In this document: positions 16,969-29,803 of the stretch, one piece after another
How the letters are laid out: each line of letters begins with the position of its first letter
Numbering within the stretch: position 1 is the first letter of the stretch
Assembly: GCA_002269645.1 (NCBI GenBank)
Contig: NIVC01000166.1
Coordinates: 558,001 to 622,000, forward strand
DNA length: 64,000 nucleotides
Reading direction: 5' to 3'
Source: Macrostomum lignano
Taxonomy: Eukaryota
Position numbers and translations under genes: made by a program
The notes under the pieces: generated by a model
Told to the model about the DNA's origin: nothing
The model's input: only the letters and a program-made list of their open reading frames with translations
Databases searched by the model: none

Positions 16969-19900
16969 TCAATATCGTCCGCCGCTGCCGCCGCCGCTGC
17001 CGCTGGCCATCGCCGAGAAAGTGGACGTGGCGGCGCCGGCTGCCGCGCTGCGCACCGTTTCGTTGGCGGCGACGCCCTGGCTGAGCTCCTGACGGGCTTT
17101 GGCGAAGCTGGCGCCGGAGCTGCGGTAGATTCGGTGCACCTTTGGGGAGTTTTTTTTGGAGGGAGGAGGTTTAGAAGGCGCATGGCGAAGAGACTGCGTT
17201 ATGCTACTGACATTGAGTAGGAGAAACCGCAAACGGAGGTTATATTTGTTATAATATCGCCCCAGAGTCGTTGCAGGTAACACAGTAAAGTCGCACAGAA
17301 ATTCGTCAAAGAGTCGCCTAAGAATCACTTTAAAGCGTTTTATTGTCTGCCACTCTAAAACGACTCTGGGGCCGAAGGGCCGATCCCGGCCGGCTGGCGA
17401 GGGGTCTGGCCAAGGTAAGTCGCAAAAATGCCCACCCGAAAATGACAGACGTATTACTACTTAGATGACGAGGCATTTAGCCTTAATAGGACAGTTATAG
17501 TTACTTCTGCCGTTTACCCGAAATTGCGATAATTTTTCTTTCGGGTTTCCTTCACAGGTAAGTCGCACGGCCAGTGTAAACCAGGGGGGGGGGAGGTTGC
17601 GCATGTATGTTGACCGCATTAAGAATCTAGCGCAGTGAACTCACCCTAATGATAAGCAGAACATCAGCAATCACCAGCAAGGTGAACAGGGCGGCAATCA
17701 CCATCATGAACACCCCAGCGCCAAGTTTAACTTTCAGAGTAGCGGCGCCGTTAATCCAGCCGCAGGAGCCCAGGTAGTTAATGCCGAGGCACTGCACAAT
17801 CAGGACGCAGATTTGCACGGCGAACAGCAGGAAGAAGAAGAAGAAATTGAAGCTGCTGTCGTTTCTGGCGGAAGAAAAAACATTGGCGCGTAATGCAAAA
17901 TTGACATGATGTTCGATTTGAAATCTGCTGACATGCAGTTTAGGAGTGGTCACTGATACTCAAATATCCAGTGACTGTGACTGCTGACTGGTCACTGATG
18001 CAGTGACTGAAACTGGTCACTGATCCTTAACTATCCAGTGACCGTGACTGGTCACTGATGCAGTGACTGAAACTGGTCACTGATCTTTAACTATCCAGCG
18101 ACGGTGACTGGTCACTGATGCAGTGACTGAAACTGGTCACTGATGCTGAAATATACAGTGACTGGGAATGGTTACTAAACCAGTTTTTTATCAGAGACAG
18201 GGGGTTGTGTGCACCCTGGCGCACTTTAAGCGACATTGTCACACAACCGGCGAGAGGCATTACTGCCGATTCCGCTGACTCCCCTGAGCAGGCACACACT
18301 CACACAGGAGTGCACAGCGGCCGTAACTGTATTCATCGTTAGGCATGTACACCTCAATGTGACTTGGGTGTTGGCCCCATACGAGGGCGCCGCGCTAGAC
18401 CCAAAGACTCTAAATAATGCGACTCAATACTCAATAACAATGAAATGAATAGAAGTGGCTATAACAGCGGGGAAACTCACTTAAACGCCTTGTACAAAGG
18501 CCGGAACCAGCACAGATAGGAGCAGGGCACCAGAATGATGCACACCAGCAGAGACACGCCAAACACTGTGCCAGACGTGATGGCTTCCGTCTTAGGGGAG
18601 ACAATAAAATAGGTGAGAGTGCCGATGATGTTGACAAGCAGCAGAACGCTGTGAACCAGCCACAGGTAGTAGCCGAGCTTCACCACCAGCCGGTACTCGG
18701 CGGGAATCTCCTGATCGAAATCCTGGTAGAAGCAGGGGCCGACAGGACAGCAGGCGGGCAGTGGCGGCCAGTTGTTAGGGCGCTCTGTCCAAGAGGGTAG
18801 TTAGTAGTCAGTTCAGTACAGAAATAAAAGTGTAATGTAGACATTGTAACCCTTTTCATGGCAATTAAAGTCTGCGTTGATAAATTTAATGACAAGGCGC
18901 CAGAAATTAAAGTTTAGCAGTAAAATCTCCAAGGTGAGTAATATCAAAAGTTTAGCAATAATTCCCCTAAGTAATAATTACAATCAAGGTGAGCAATAAA
19001 ACTCCAAGGTGAGTAATATCAAAATTTTAGCAATAATTCCCCTAAGTAATAATTACAATCAAGGTGAGCAATAAAACTTGAAGGTGAGTAATATAAAAGG
19101 TTAGCAATAAAATCTCTTAAGTGGGAACTGAAATCAAGTCGAGCAATAAAATATCCAAGGTGAGTAATAAAGCTCCAAGGTGAGTAATAAAATCTTAACG
19201 GTGATTAATGAAATCTTTTAAGGTGAGTAATAAAATATCCGAGGTGAGTAATAAAATCTCCAAGGTGAGTAATAAAATCTCCCAAAGGTGAGTAATAAAG
19301 TCACCAATTAGGTGATAAACATTATGCCAAAAAAATTGAAAACCAAAAACCAGACCTGCAGATATTAATATGTACTTCTAAGCCAGCAACCAATCATAGA
19401 CACTCACGCGAACCGACAGCGCCAGCGGAGCTCTCCGCCTCTCTTTGCCTTTGTTCGGCTTCTCTACGTTCGAGTTCTCGAGATTTGGCCTCCAATTCGC
19501 GCTGACGGCGCTCCAATTCGTCACTGGAGATTCTCTGCTGAGCGCTGGCCGTGTAGGCTGGGGGTGGAGCCGCCTGCTGCGGCTGGGTCTTATCGAATGG
19601 GTTGTAGTCGCCTGTGGTGCCACCGCCACCGCCGCCGCCAGCCCCACTGCTTGTGCGGGCCTGCTGCACTGATGGGTCCTATGGAATGCAAAGTACAAAT
19701 TGCATAAATGATAATTGTCAGCCAATAATATTGAGCAACTTACTGGTACCATTATATTATTAATTAACTTAAAAAAAAATTTTCTGACTCTTTTGCACGA
19801 TGTGATAAGTAGGCAATAGGTTTTTTGTAAAATTAGACTGATCACTGATCCTAAATATTCTGTAGTGACCTGTGATTGGGACTGGTCACTGATCCCAAAT

Positions 19901-22900
19901 ATTATGCAGTGACCTGTGATTGGGACTGGTCACTGATCCTAAATATTCTGTAGTGACCTGTGATTGGGACTGGTCACTGATCCTAAATATTCTGTAGTGA
20001 CCTGTGATTGGGACTGGTCACTGATCCCAAATATTATGCAGTGACCTGTGATTGGGACTGGTCACTGATCCTAAATATTCTGTAGTGACCTGTGATTGGG
20101 ACTGGTCACTGATCCCAAATATTATGCAGTGACCTGTGATTGGGACTGGTCACTGATCCCAAATATTATGCAGTGACCTGTGATTGGGACTGGTCACTGA
20201 TCCCAAATATTATGCAGTGACCTGTGATTGGGACTGGTCACTGATCCCAAATATTATGCAGTGACCTGTGATTGGGACTGGTCACTGATCTCAAATATTA
20301 TGCAGTGACCTGTGATTGGGACTGGTCACTGATCCCAAATATTATGCAGTGACCTGTGATTGGGACTGGTCACTGATCCCAAATATTATGCAGTGACCTG
20401 TGATTGGGACTGGTCACTGATCTCAAATATTATGCAGTGACCTGTGATTGGGACTGGTCACTGATCCCAAATATTATGCAGTGACCTGTGATTGGGACTG
20501 GTCACTGATCCCAAATATTATGCAGTGACCTGTGATTGGGACTGGTCACTGATCCCAAATATTATGCAGTGACCTGTGATTGGGACTGGTCACTGATCCC
20601 AAATATTATGCAGTGACCTGTGATTGGGACTGGTCACTGATCCCAAATATTATGCAGTGACCTGTGATTGGGACTGGTCACTGATCTCAAATATTGTGCA
20701 GTGACCTATGATTGAAACTGGTCACTGATGCCAAATATTCTGCAGTGACCTGTGATTGAGACAATGGAAGATTTAAAATGCAAAGTAATTAATTAAGTAA
20801 GTAACTTTGCCTATTAGGTATTGATTGCCATAGTCAGGAAAGTAGCATAATATGTCAAAACAACTTTTGGGAGATAATCTAGGAGAAAAAAGAATTGACT
20901 ACTATAATTTGCCTAAAGTACAATTTGTCTAAGTGAATTGCCCATTGAACTTTTCTTGCTAAGATTTGCTTTAAGTGAATTTTGTATATAAGCAAGTTGC
21001 CTATGACAAGTAAATTTCCTACCAAGTTTTTCCTGCCAAGGTTTGCCCTATAATGCTTTTTTATTTACATTTAGCCACATGATTTTGTTTGCATTCTCTC
21101 TCAATTCTTAATAATGCATGATAAAGAGATTTATAGGACAAAATGACTTAGCATATACATTAATTGATAGCTTATCAATGTGTTTTGGCAATCTTCTTGT
21201 TTCATATTTTAAATTATTTTTTCCATTTATTTGCCATTGGAGCTACTTGCAGCATGGTAGGATGCCCTTTAGCTCCATACAGTCATGACTCTTATTGCTA
21301 AACTATGAGCTACCATTGAACTATGCAACTTAGACCTAAATCATTGTGAGCTAGTTGCATTAGTACCAAATGTAAATACTACTATATGCTGATTAGCAAA
21401 GTACTATCTGCTACAAAATATCCTAGATTGTAGTGCCTGCAATGTCCCAATGTCTCTATAGCACTGTGCTAGGTAAGATTACTGTATTGATTATGTAAGA
21501 TTACATAAAAATGAAAACTCTGTCTATGTACAAATGGATACTTGCTATTAGGGAGATGCTTGCTATCTGATGGATGCTTGCTATCAGAAGGATGCTTGCT
21601 ACTGGGGTAGCTTGCTATGGGAGATGCTTGCTCTTGGGGGGTGGAGGGTACTTGCTATCTTGAGAGGGGGTTGCTAGATATCTATAAGGTCACTTTGCAT
21701 CCAGGTTATGCTTGCTATCTGGGGGATGCTTGCCATCTGGGGGCTGCTTGCTATCTGGGGGATGCTTGCTATCTGGGGGATGCTTGCCATCTGGGGGCTG
21801 CTTGCTATCTGGGGGATGCTTGCTATCTGGGGGATGCTTGCCATCTGGGGGCTGCTTGCTATCTGGGGGCTGCTTGCTATCTGGGGGATGCTTGCAATCT
21901 GGGGGATGCTTGCGATCTGGGGGATGCTTGCTATTTGGGGATCAATGCTTGAATGCTGTCTGGGGATGCTTGCTGTCTTGGGATGTTTTGTTTTTAGAGG
22001 GAATGTCTGTTGTTTTTTATGAAGGCTTTTTTGTGCTGTCTATTTGTTACTTGTAAAGAACAAAGATTCTATCCAGATGTCCCCCATTGGGGGACAAAGA
22101 TTGCTAGTACATCTACTCATTTTACAAATCTTTTTAAAATTTGGATACAAACAATTTTCAACTATTACACAATTGTGTAAAATTTTGAGTCTAAAAGATA
22201 ATCCTGACTGGTGCTATGCAGTTTTGAAGTTAGTCTGCTTTTTGTCAACGAGAGAGTGACCCCAACCTCTATCTGCCTTTCTATTATTTATCTGGCCTAG
22301 ATCTGCAAAGGGTTTTAAAATCAAATAACTTTTGGTAGCCAAATGTAAAGCAATTGACTTCTAACTTGACACAAATATTCATTGACTTACTCTCTATCTA
22401 AATATAAAGTCTCAACTCTTTAACTCAAACAGGATAGAAACTATAAGCATATGAAGTTTCTTTGCTTTTTCTGTCATTTGTTCCACTCACTCACTTACTG
22501 TTCCAAAGCCAGATCAAGGGTCAGACAATAGGCTAAATATACATGGCAATGTAGTGTTTTGGAATAACTTTTTATAGCCTTCTCTGCATCCCCACAGAGG
22601 CTACATTTTAGCCATGATAGTTTAGTGAGAAATTCTAACCACTTGCCCTCTGTATAGGCAAACTTTGCAGCAGTTTAACAGTGGATAGAAAATCAAGGCA
22701 ATGCAGCATGGTTTCCATATACTAAAAAAGAAAATTATAAAACTAAAAGCAAAGTTTATGAAACATGATTATAATACAATCTTACTAAATTAGTTAGACC
22801 ATGGAAATTTCAGAAATTTCAGTTTCACTTAAGGGAATTCCTCTAAAGAAATATATGAGCCTATTTCTTTGGTTAGACTACTGCAGACTGCAGTGGAGCT

Positions 22901-25900
22901 AGAGACACATAAATTCTTCAGGGCTAAAAAATTGGCCAAAAGATGACGTGATCAAATCAGTCAGCAAATAATTGACAGAATGAAACAATCATGAGAGTAC
23001 TATGTCCCATAAACTGGCTTTTGAAGTAGCGGTCAGTAGAATTTTATATCAAAGGCCATATAAAGAATCCAGCACATGGCTAAGAGAAAATGAAGATAGA
23101 AAGAAAGAGGGATAGAAAATTAAAAAAGAAAGGAAAAATGAGAGAGAGGGTAAGAGAAATGACACAAGATAAGAAGAGAGACAAAGGGATGAGGAAGGAG
23201 AAGGCAAAGAAGAAGGAAGAGAAATAAGAAGAGAGGGAGAGAAGAGAAATGGAGAGAGGAGGGAGAAAGAAAATAAGAGCAAGAGAAATGAGAAGAAAGA
23301 TTAGAGGTAAGAAGAGAGAGAGAAAGAGAGAAAGAGAGAGAGAGAGAGAGAAAAAGAGAAGATAGAAATGAGAGAGATAGAGTAGAAATTAGAGATGAAG
23401 AGGAAAGAAAAGAGAAGAGAAGAGAAAAAGGAGAAAGGAGATGACTCAGAAGAGGAGAAAGAGAAAAGTACAGAGGAGAGAGGTAAGAGATCAGATGAGA
23501 ATAAAGATGACAGAAGAGAGAGGGAAGATAAGAGAGCAGAGATAAGAGTAAACAAATGAAAGATGAGAGGAGAGAGGAGAAAAAAGATGAGAAAGCAGAC
23601 AAGAAAGATAGGAGATTAGAGAGAATAAAGGGGAGAGAGAAGAGATAAAAGAGTAAATATTACTGAGACAAGAGGAAATAAGTGAGAGCAGAGATGAGAG
23701 AAAAGAAAGGAGAGAATAGAGGAAAAGAGAGAGAAAGGAGAGAAAACAAAATAATATATAAGATGTCAAGATGAGAAAAGAAAGGAATGAAAAAAGAAGA
23801 GTGGAGTGAAGTTTCAAAGAACCTGAGGGATAGAGAGAGGCAAAGGCCAGAGTTTGCTAACACTTGCTTTAGACATGTTTAGACAGACTCATTTTGTGTA
23901 TCTTATCTTATCTTAATATCTTATCTTATCTTAATCTTACCCTAGTTGATAAGATTAATGCTTATCTCATATCTGAATTTAACACAAATTTATTCCATTT
24001 TTTTCAAACCTCTATCCTAAATATTAAAAGTTTTTGTTTGAGTAGGCCTATGACTTCAGGTTTTAGAATACAAACAAAAATAGTTCTGGGGATCAGAATT
24101 CCACAGGTTCAAATTTCATGGGTTTCAATAGCTTGTTTCTCAATATACTAAATCTGATATGTTGTTTCTCTATTTGTTCAATAACTCCTCCTAAAATACT
24201 AGCAAGTCAATGTTGAAGCTTTCTAACTATATAAATGAAAACTCCATCTGTCTGTCTTTATGTCTGTGTATATACAATATTAATTGCTATGGACTCCCAA
24301 ACCATTCTACCAAATTATACCAAATTTTGTACCCACCATAAACTCAATACAGAGAATGTCTTAGGCTACCTAAAAAGTTCCAAAACTCAAGTCTTTAGAA
24401 CTTCCTAAAAGTGCAAAAAACTGCTCAAAATGTGCATTTTTTCACTAAATCTTCCATAGTGCCAATCCACTTCTACCAATCCTCTTCAAATTTGACAAAA
24501 ACAATCTTCAACTATTTTGACACAATTGTGTAAAATTTTGAGTCTCAAAGTTATTCCTGAATGGCATTGTGCACTTTTAAAGTTAGTCTGTTTTTTCAGC
24601 ATAGCAACCACCCTAACTATTACTTCTTTCTCTTTTCCTTATCTGGCCAGATGTGGAAAGGGGGTTTCAAAATTGACTAAATTTGGCTATAATAAGTTTG
24701 CTCCACATGAAGAGATTGACTTCAAACTTTATGCAATTTTTTATTGACTCTTTCTTTATCTAAATATAAAATTTCAATTTTGTAACACAATCAGAACAGA
24801 AACTGTAAGCATGTGAAGTTTGTTTGCTTTTTCTGCTGTTTGTGCCACTCACTCACTCATTCCTCTAGAGCCAGACCAAGGGTCAGGTGATAGGGCTGAA
24901 TGTATATAGCAAATGTACAGTGTTTTGGAATAGCTTTATTTATAGCATTCTATGTACCCCCATGGAGAGGCTCTATTTAGCCATAACAGTTTAGTGAGAA
25001 ATTCTAACCACTGCCCTCTATATAGGCAAACTATGCAGCAGTTTTAATAGCAGATAGCAATCTGCAAATCAAAGCAATCCAACATGGTTTGTTAAAGCAA
25101 AAGATTTATGAAAAGGGGATGCAATGCAATACAACCCTACTAAATTAGTTACACCATAAAAATTTTAAGTTTCTCGTAAAAGTACTTTAAAATTTAAATA
25201 GCCTCCTAAAAATGCATATTTCCTTGGTTGTTAGACTGATGCAGAATGCAGTGAGAGCTAAATATATACAAATTTCTTTCAGGGCTACAAATTGGCAAGA
25301 AAGATGACGTGATCAAAGCATAAGAACAACAATGAGAGTAATATGTCCCACAAATTAGCTTTGTAAGCAGGGATAGGCAGACTTTTACCTCAAAGCTAGA
25401 TAAAGAATCCAGTTCATGCCTCATGGCTATAGGCTAGATAAGACTAAGTGGAAAGAAGAGAAAATATACAATTAGAAAAGGGAAGGAGGAAAGGCAAGAT
25501 AGGGGATAGGAGAATGGATAGAAGATAAAATGAGAAAAAAAGGAGGTAAGTAGAGAGAGGGGAAAGTAAAGCAAGAAGAGAGGGGAGGATTGAAAGAGCA
25601 AAAGAAGGGAAAAAGGAGGGGAGAGAGGAGAGAGAAGAGAGGAAAGACAAAGAGAGAGAGAAGTGCAAGAATAAAGAGAGAAAAGGGAGAGAATCATGAG
25701 GAGAAAGGAGAGAGGGGGAAAGAGAGAGAGAGGAAAGGGAAAAAAGAGTTATGAGAGCAGAGAGATGACAGAAAAGATAAGAGAGTAAAGGGAAGAGAGA
25801 AGAGATAAGGTTGTAGAGATGAAAGAAATGAAAGGTGAGATGAAAAATGAGAGATAAAAGATAAAAAAGAGGAGAGTAAAGAGAAGAGGAGATAGAATAA

Positions 25901-27837
25901 AGAGAAAGAGTATAGAAGAGGAAAGAGAAGAGAAGAGAGGAGAAAGGAAAGAAAGGGGTCAAGAGGGGAAGAAGAAGGAAGATAAGAACAGAGACAAGAG
26001 TGAACAGAAAGAAAGGGAAAGGGAAAGAGGAGAGAGCAAAGGAGAGGAGAATAGAGAGGGGAGAAACTAGAGAGAAGAGATAGGAGCACAGAGAGCAGAG
26101 AGATGAGAGGTGAGATTAGAGAGAAGAGAGAAGAGGGGAGAGAGGGGACAGAAGAGAAGAAGGGAGAGAAGAGAAAAAATAAGAGAGCAGAGAAGAAATT
26201 GGAGAAAGCAAAGAGAAGACAGAGAGGAGAGAAGAGAGAGGAAAGATGAGAGGAGATAAGATAATAAAAATTTGAGAGCAGAGACAAGATACAAAAGAGG
26301 AAAAGAAGAGGGGGGAATAGAGGAAAGATAAGAAATGAGAAGAGAGGAAGCAAAATAAGTTTCAAATGATCCAAGGGATATTATATAGAGAAAGCAGATT
26401 CAAAGGCTAGAATTTGCCACTATATGTTTTTAATAGGCATTGGCTAACATTCTGGCAATGAGATCAATGCTTGCTTTCCTCAAATCTTAATTTTATATGA
26501 ATTTATTCCAATTTTGTTTATTTCCATCTATCTCCTAACTAGGCCCTATTAACAAGTTTTTTGTTTGAGTATGACTTCAGATTTTAGAATACAAACAAAA
26601 ATAGTTCTGGGGACTGGAATTCTATCAGTTCAAATTCCATGCATTTCAACAGCTTGTTATAATATATTCATTTATTAAATCCCTATGCATAATAATATGT
26701 GATTTTATTTTTAGGACCTACTATTACTTCTATTATCTATGACTAAAAAAGTAACTCTAATTATAGCTCTAACTAGAATAGCCAAAAAATTGCAACAAAT
26801 CAATCAATAAGATCTGCAAAACTCTGAATAGTCAATCTAATAGACCTAAAATAGGCATATAATATAAGGCAGTGCTTATTCCCATGGTACTGTAGGAATA
26901 ATTTCTGTCTTATTCCAACGATACCTTGGGGATAATTTTCTACTTATCCGCACGGCACACTGACGAGATAGCTGCACCCCCCATCTTTTACATATGCCGT
27001 GGGAATAAATGAAGTGTCTTCATCTATAGTCCAATTTATTTTAATGTGTAGCGCTGCAGGGCGGTGCGGGGCGTGTTTTAGGGAGACCCATAATTTAGTT
27101 TAGTACTTACGGTTTAAGTGCAGTATAACAACATAACTTTGCTTGGCCATTAGTTTTATAGAAGTAAAGATTTAATTGCCTTTTTATGCAAAAAAACTTT
27201 TTTTGTATTTATGACATATGATTTAAGGTACATTGCTCTAGTAATTGTTTATAATTTGAATTTTTAGCAAAGTATAATCCTGAGATCATACCGAAAAGTG
27301 CATTGCCGCTTCTGTTGTAGACTTCTACTAGACATGTAAATTAGCAATTTGTTTGTATAGATATATGCAATTGCATTGCTTCAATAATTTGCCCTATCTC
27401 ATCAGTGTGCCATGCAGATAAGCAGAAAATTATTCCCACGGCATATGTAGAAGATGGGATAGCTATCTCGTCAGTGTGCCGTGCAGATAAGTAGAAAATT
27501 ATTCCCACGGTACCATTGGAATAAGACAGAAATTATTCCTACGGTACCGTGGGGATAAGCACTGCCATAATATAAAGCCATTAAAGGGTACTCCAGAAGA
27601 ACAATTTTTGCTATATTTTCCAACACTTATTGTCTCCAATTTATATTGTCTCTTTAAGTAGATATTAAAATTGGTTATATTTGTTATATTTATATTAAAA
27701 TAAAATTTGTTTTTTTGTCTGAGGAGTGAGGACTAGACTAGAGCAGCTGGGCAACAATAAAAAAGATACAGCTCTACACTTACCGAAAAGGGGCTATTTC
27801 TGGATGGGTCAGCAAACGGATTATCAAAATCTGACAT
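16969..27837 (-). CDS. SCAMP: Secretory carrier membrane protein (SCAMP), 5 coding exons, 339 aa
   Basis: Exons 27837-27784, 19678-19408, 18784-18481, 17864-17645, 17139-16969, all GT-AG and in phase (1020 nt); NPF motifs (MSDFDNPFADP, YNPF), coiled coil, NNWPPLP, PCFYQD, E-peptide CWFRPLYKAF, four TM segments. Confidence 0.93.
17259..17370. mobile_element. Small MITE-like element with CCCAGAGTCG / CGACTCTGGG termini
   Basis: 10-bp inverted termini; related AGAGTCGC / GACTCTGGG sequences at 48230-48430 and 53920-54295. Confidence 0.5.
17371..17609. mobile_element. 28S-like-segment MITE, copy 1 (left TIR missing), in SCAMP intron 4
   Basis: Homologous to 44443-44738; right TIR GTTGCGCATGTATG at 17596-17609; 28S-like core ~17456-17519 on the minus strand. 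Confidence 0.8.
17945..18150. repeat. Intronic tandem repeat containing GACTGGTCACTGAT / CAGTGAC
   Basis: Degenerate relative of the 44-bp array at 19845-20760. Confidence 0.8.
18200..18390 (-). mobile_element. SINE family B, truncated copy 2 (SCAMP intron 3)
   Basis: Matches 10765-10975 (AGGGGGTTGTGTGCACCCTGGCGCACTTTAAGCGACA...GGCATGTACAC). Confidence 0.8.
18900..19320. repeat. Degenerate tandem repeat with core AAGGTGAGTAATAAAA
   Basis: About ten copies within SCAMP intron 2. Confidence 0.85.
19845..20760. repeat. 44-bp minisatellite (GTGACCTGTGATTGGGACTGGTCACTGATCCCAAATATTATGCA)n
   Basis: About 20 units in SCAMP intron 1; internal inverted CAGTGACC/GGTCACTG. Confidence 0.96.
21690..21960. 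repeat. 18-bp minisatellite (GGGGGATGCTTGCTATCT)n
   Basis: Tandem units with degenerate flanking copies from ~21540. Confidence 0.93.
22090..26660. repeat. Diverged tandem duplication of a ~2.2-kb intronic unit, each copy with a long GA-rich tract (23080-23830; 25440-26370)
   Basis: Paired anchors such as ACACAATTGTGTAAAATTTTGAGTCT (~22148 / ~24520) and TATGACTTCAG.TTTTAGAATACAAACAAAAATAGTTCTGGGG (~24049 / ~26570). Confidence 0.85.
26868..27566. mobile_element. Mutator-like MITE with ~140-bp TIRs
   Basis: TIR GGCAGTGCTTATTCCC... / ...GGGGATAAGCACTGCC; perfect 9-bp TSD ATAATATAA at 26859-26867 and 27567-27575. Confidence 0.85.
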
Positions 27838-28798
27838 TTTAATTTAGATTACTGCCTCAAATGCTTAACCCTAAATAGCGATAGTTGACAACAGCGTCCT
27901 ACACTACTCGGGTCGGGTGTAAACAACAATGTCTTCGTTTTGACAGATTTTTGCAACCTGGTTTCTAGGAAAGGTTATTTTGAAGTCCCGCGTTAACTAA
28001 TAGCCTATATAGGCTTAAAATCCCCAGTATGGTTAAAAAACCTTATTGATTTAAACACTGTATCAGTATGAGGTTTAACAACCCGTGTTCAGCAGTTAAA
28101 ATTTAAATCTAACATAATTTGAAGTGCAATTTTAAATCCAATACTCGATCATAAAGGCCTTTTTATATTGCTTGTTCTAGAACCAGATCCATTTTGTAAA
28201 TGTAAGGAAAATATAACTTTTCGTCTCCTGAATCAAAGGGATATACCTGCGATCAAGTTGTAATCATTAAATGGCAATAGCCAAGAAATTAAGAAAAAGA
28301 TGAAAACTTGTGCAAAGTGAAGCTGTTAAGGCAGTCAAGCATTCAACAAATTTAAATAGTTATACTGCTTTTTTCTTGGAAGATCCGAACCAATTCTGGC
28401 TTTGGAATCGCTAATAAATAGGCTTCTCATATTTCCAGAACCAGAATAACGATGTTTGACTTTGCTACACCATAAATTGGTTGCAAAATAGTTGTTTCAT
28501 GTTTGTTAGAATCTGTTGTGTTGCAGAAACTCCAGACTTGCAGCAAAATTCTCCCTGCCCAGTTTTAAGTTGCTATTATGTCTCCTATACTAAATTTAAT
28601 AATATATATGATTTAATTTTTATTACCAATAAGTCTAACAAATATGAATTTTCTTTGCATATTTTATTTTTGGCTTTCTGCTAAGCTGACAGACTGGCAA
28701 GTGACAATTATCAAGTCCTTTGTAAATTAGCCTACTTTAAAATTTATTTTAAACTTTTTGACTTGTTGAATTAGTGCATGCATAGGCTGGAACATATA

Positions 28799-29803
28799 TC
28801 GCTTTTGACACTCTAGATAAGACTTTAGACATTCAAAATAAGACTGCATAGGATCGCAAGCAAGGCCAGGCTAGCCACAGCCAGAGCAAGCCCAGTCTTG
28901 GCTGCAGGAATGGCTTGGCCATAGACTAAAAAATGGAATATCAAAATGAAAATAAGATGCTCAATATGAGACTGGGAGTGAATGTAATTTATTTGCTTTT
29001 TGGCAGTCATTGTCAGCCTTGCAATTTTCTTCTCTCTGACTGCCACGAGGTAGGGATTCAACTCTGCCATGGAGGCGGAACTCCGTAGCGATCCTAAAGG
29101 TGGACACTCTCTTGATCTTGAGAATTTGAGTGGCAGCTAGGATGGTTGATCTATTGTTTACTGCGTCGATCAGACGCTGACAGTCTGCTGCAGGAATCGA
29201 TGGTGCCATTACAGTGAAATCCAAGGGGTCAGATGCAACTCAACCCTATTGCAGCCAAGGTCTGAACCGCGCCGGATGCCCCCCTTTCCCGCACCAGACA
29301 TCTACCCATACCGCGCCAGGGCCAGTCCCCAGGATCAGTCATTTGGTTCAATTAGTCAGTCAATGGCTCGCATAAATCGACGTTGACCCGGCCCTTTGTT
29401 GCCACTAGTCGCCGAAGCACCTGCTTTGTTGCCACCATACGCCACGCCACCGCACGCCGCCACCACGCGCTGCGCCGCCGCTGCGCGCCATGCCGCCGCC
29501 AGGCCAATCTGCGCCAGACGCCGTCTACGAAAATGGCCATTGGCTGCAATAGGGCAACTCAAGGGGTGAAGAAGGAGAGCTGGCTGAAGGTCAGAGGGTT
29601 AGAGCGATATCTGAAGGCTTTCACACTCAGTCTCATATTGAGCGTCTTATTCTCATTTTGATATTCCATTTTTTAGTCTATGGCCAAGCCATTCCTGCAG
29701 CCAAGACTGGGCATGCTCTGGCCGTGGCTAGCCTGGCCTTGCTTGCGATCCTATGCAGTCTTATTTTGAATGTCTAAAGTCTTATCTAGAGTGTCAAAAG
29801 CGA
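28799..29803 (-). mobile_element. Internally deleted Tc1/mariner-type element with ~190-bp TIRs and a transposase HTH remnant
   Basis: TA-flanked TIRs TCGCTTTTGACACTCTAG...; minus frame MAPSIPAADCQRLIDAVNNRSTILAATQILKIKRVSTFRIATEFRLHGRVESLPRG resembles a paired-type HTH. Confidence 0.75.

Noticed and set aside
17456-17519. Functional rRNA gene
   Set aside because: Only ~62-64 nt match and they sit inside a TIR element; no flanking rDNA
23049-26374. Minus-strand Leu/Ser/Phe-rich ORFs
   Set aside because: Translations of GA-rich low-complexity tracts inside an intron
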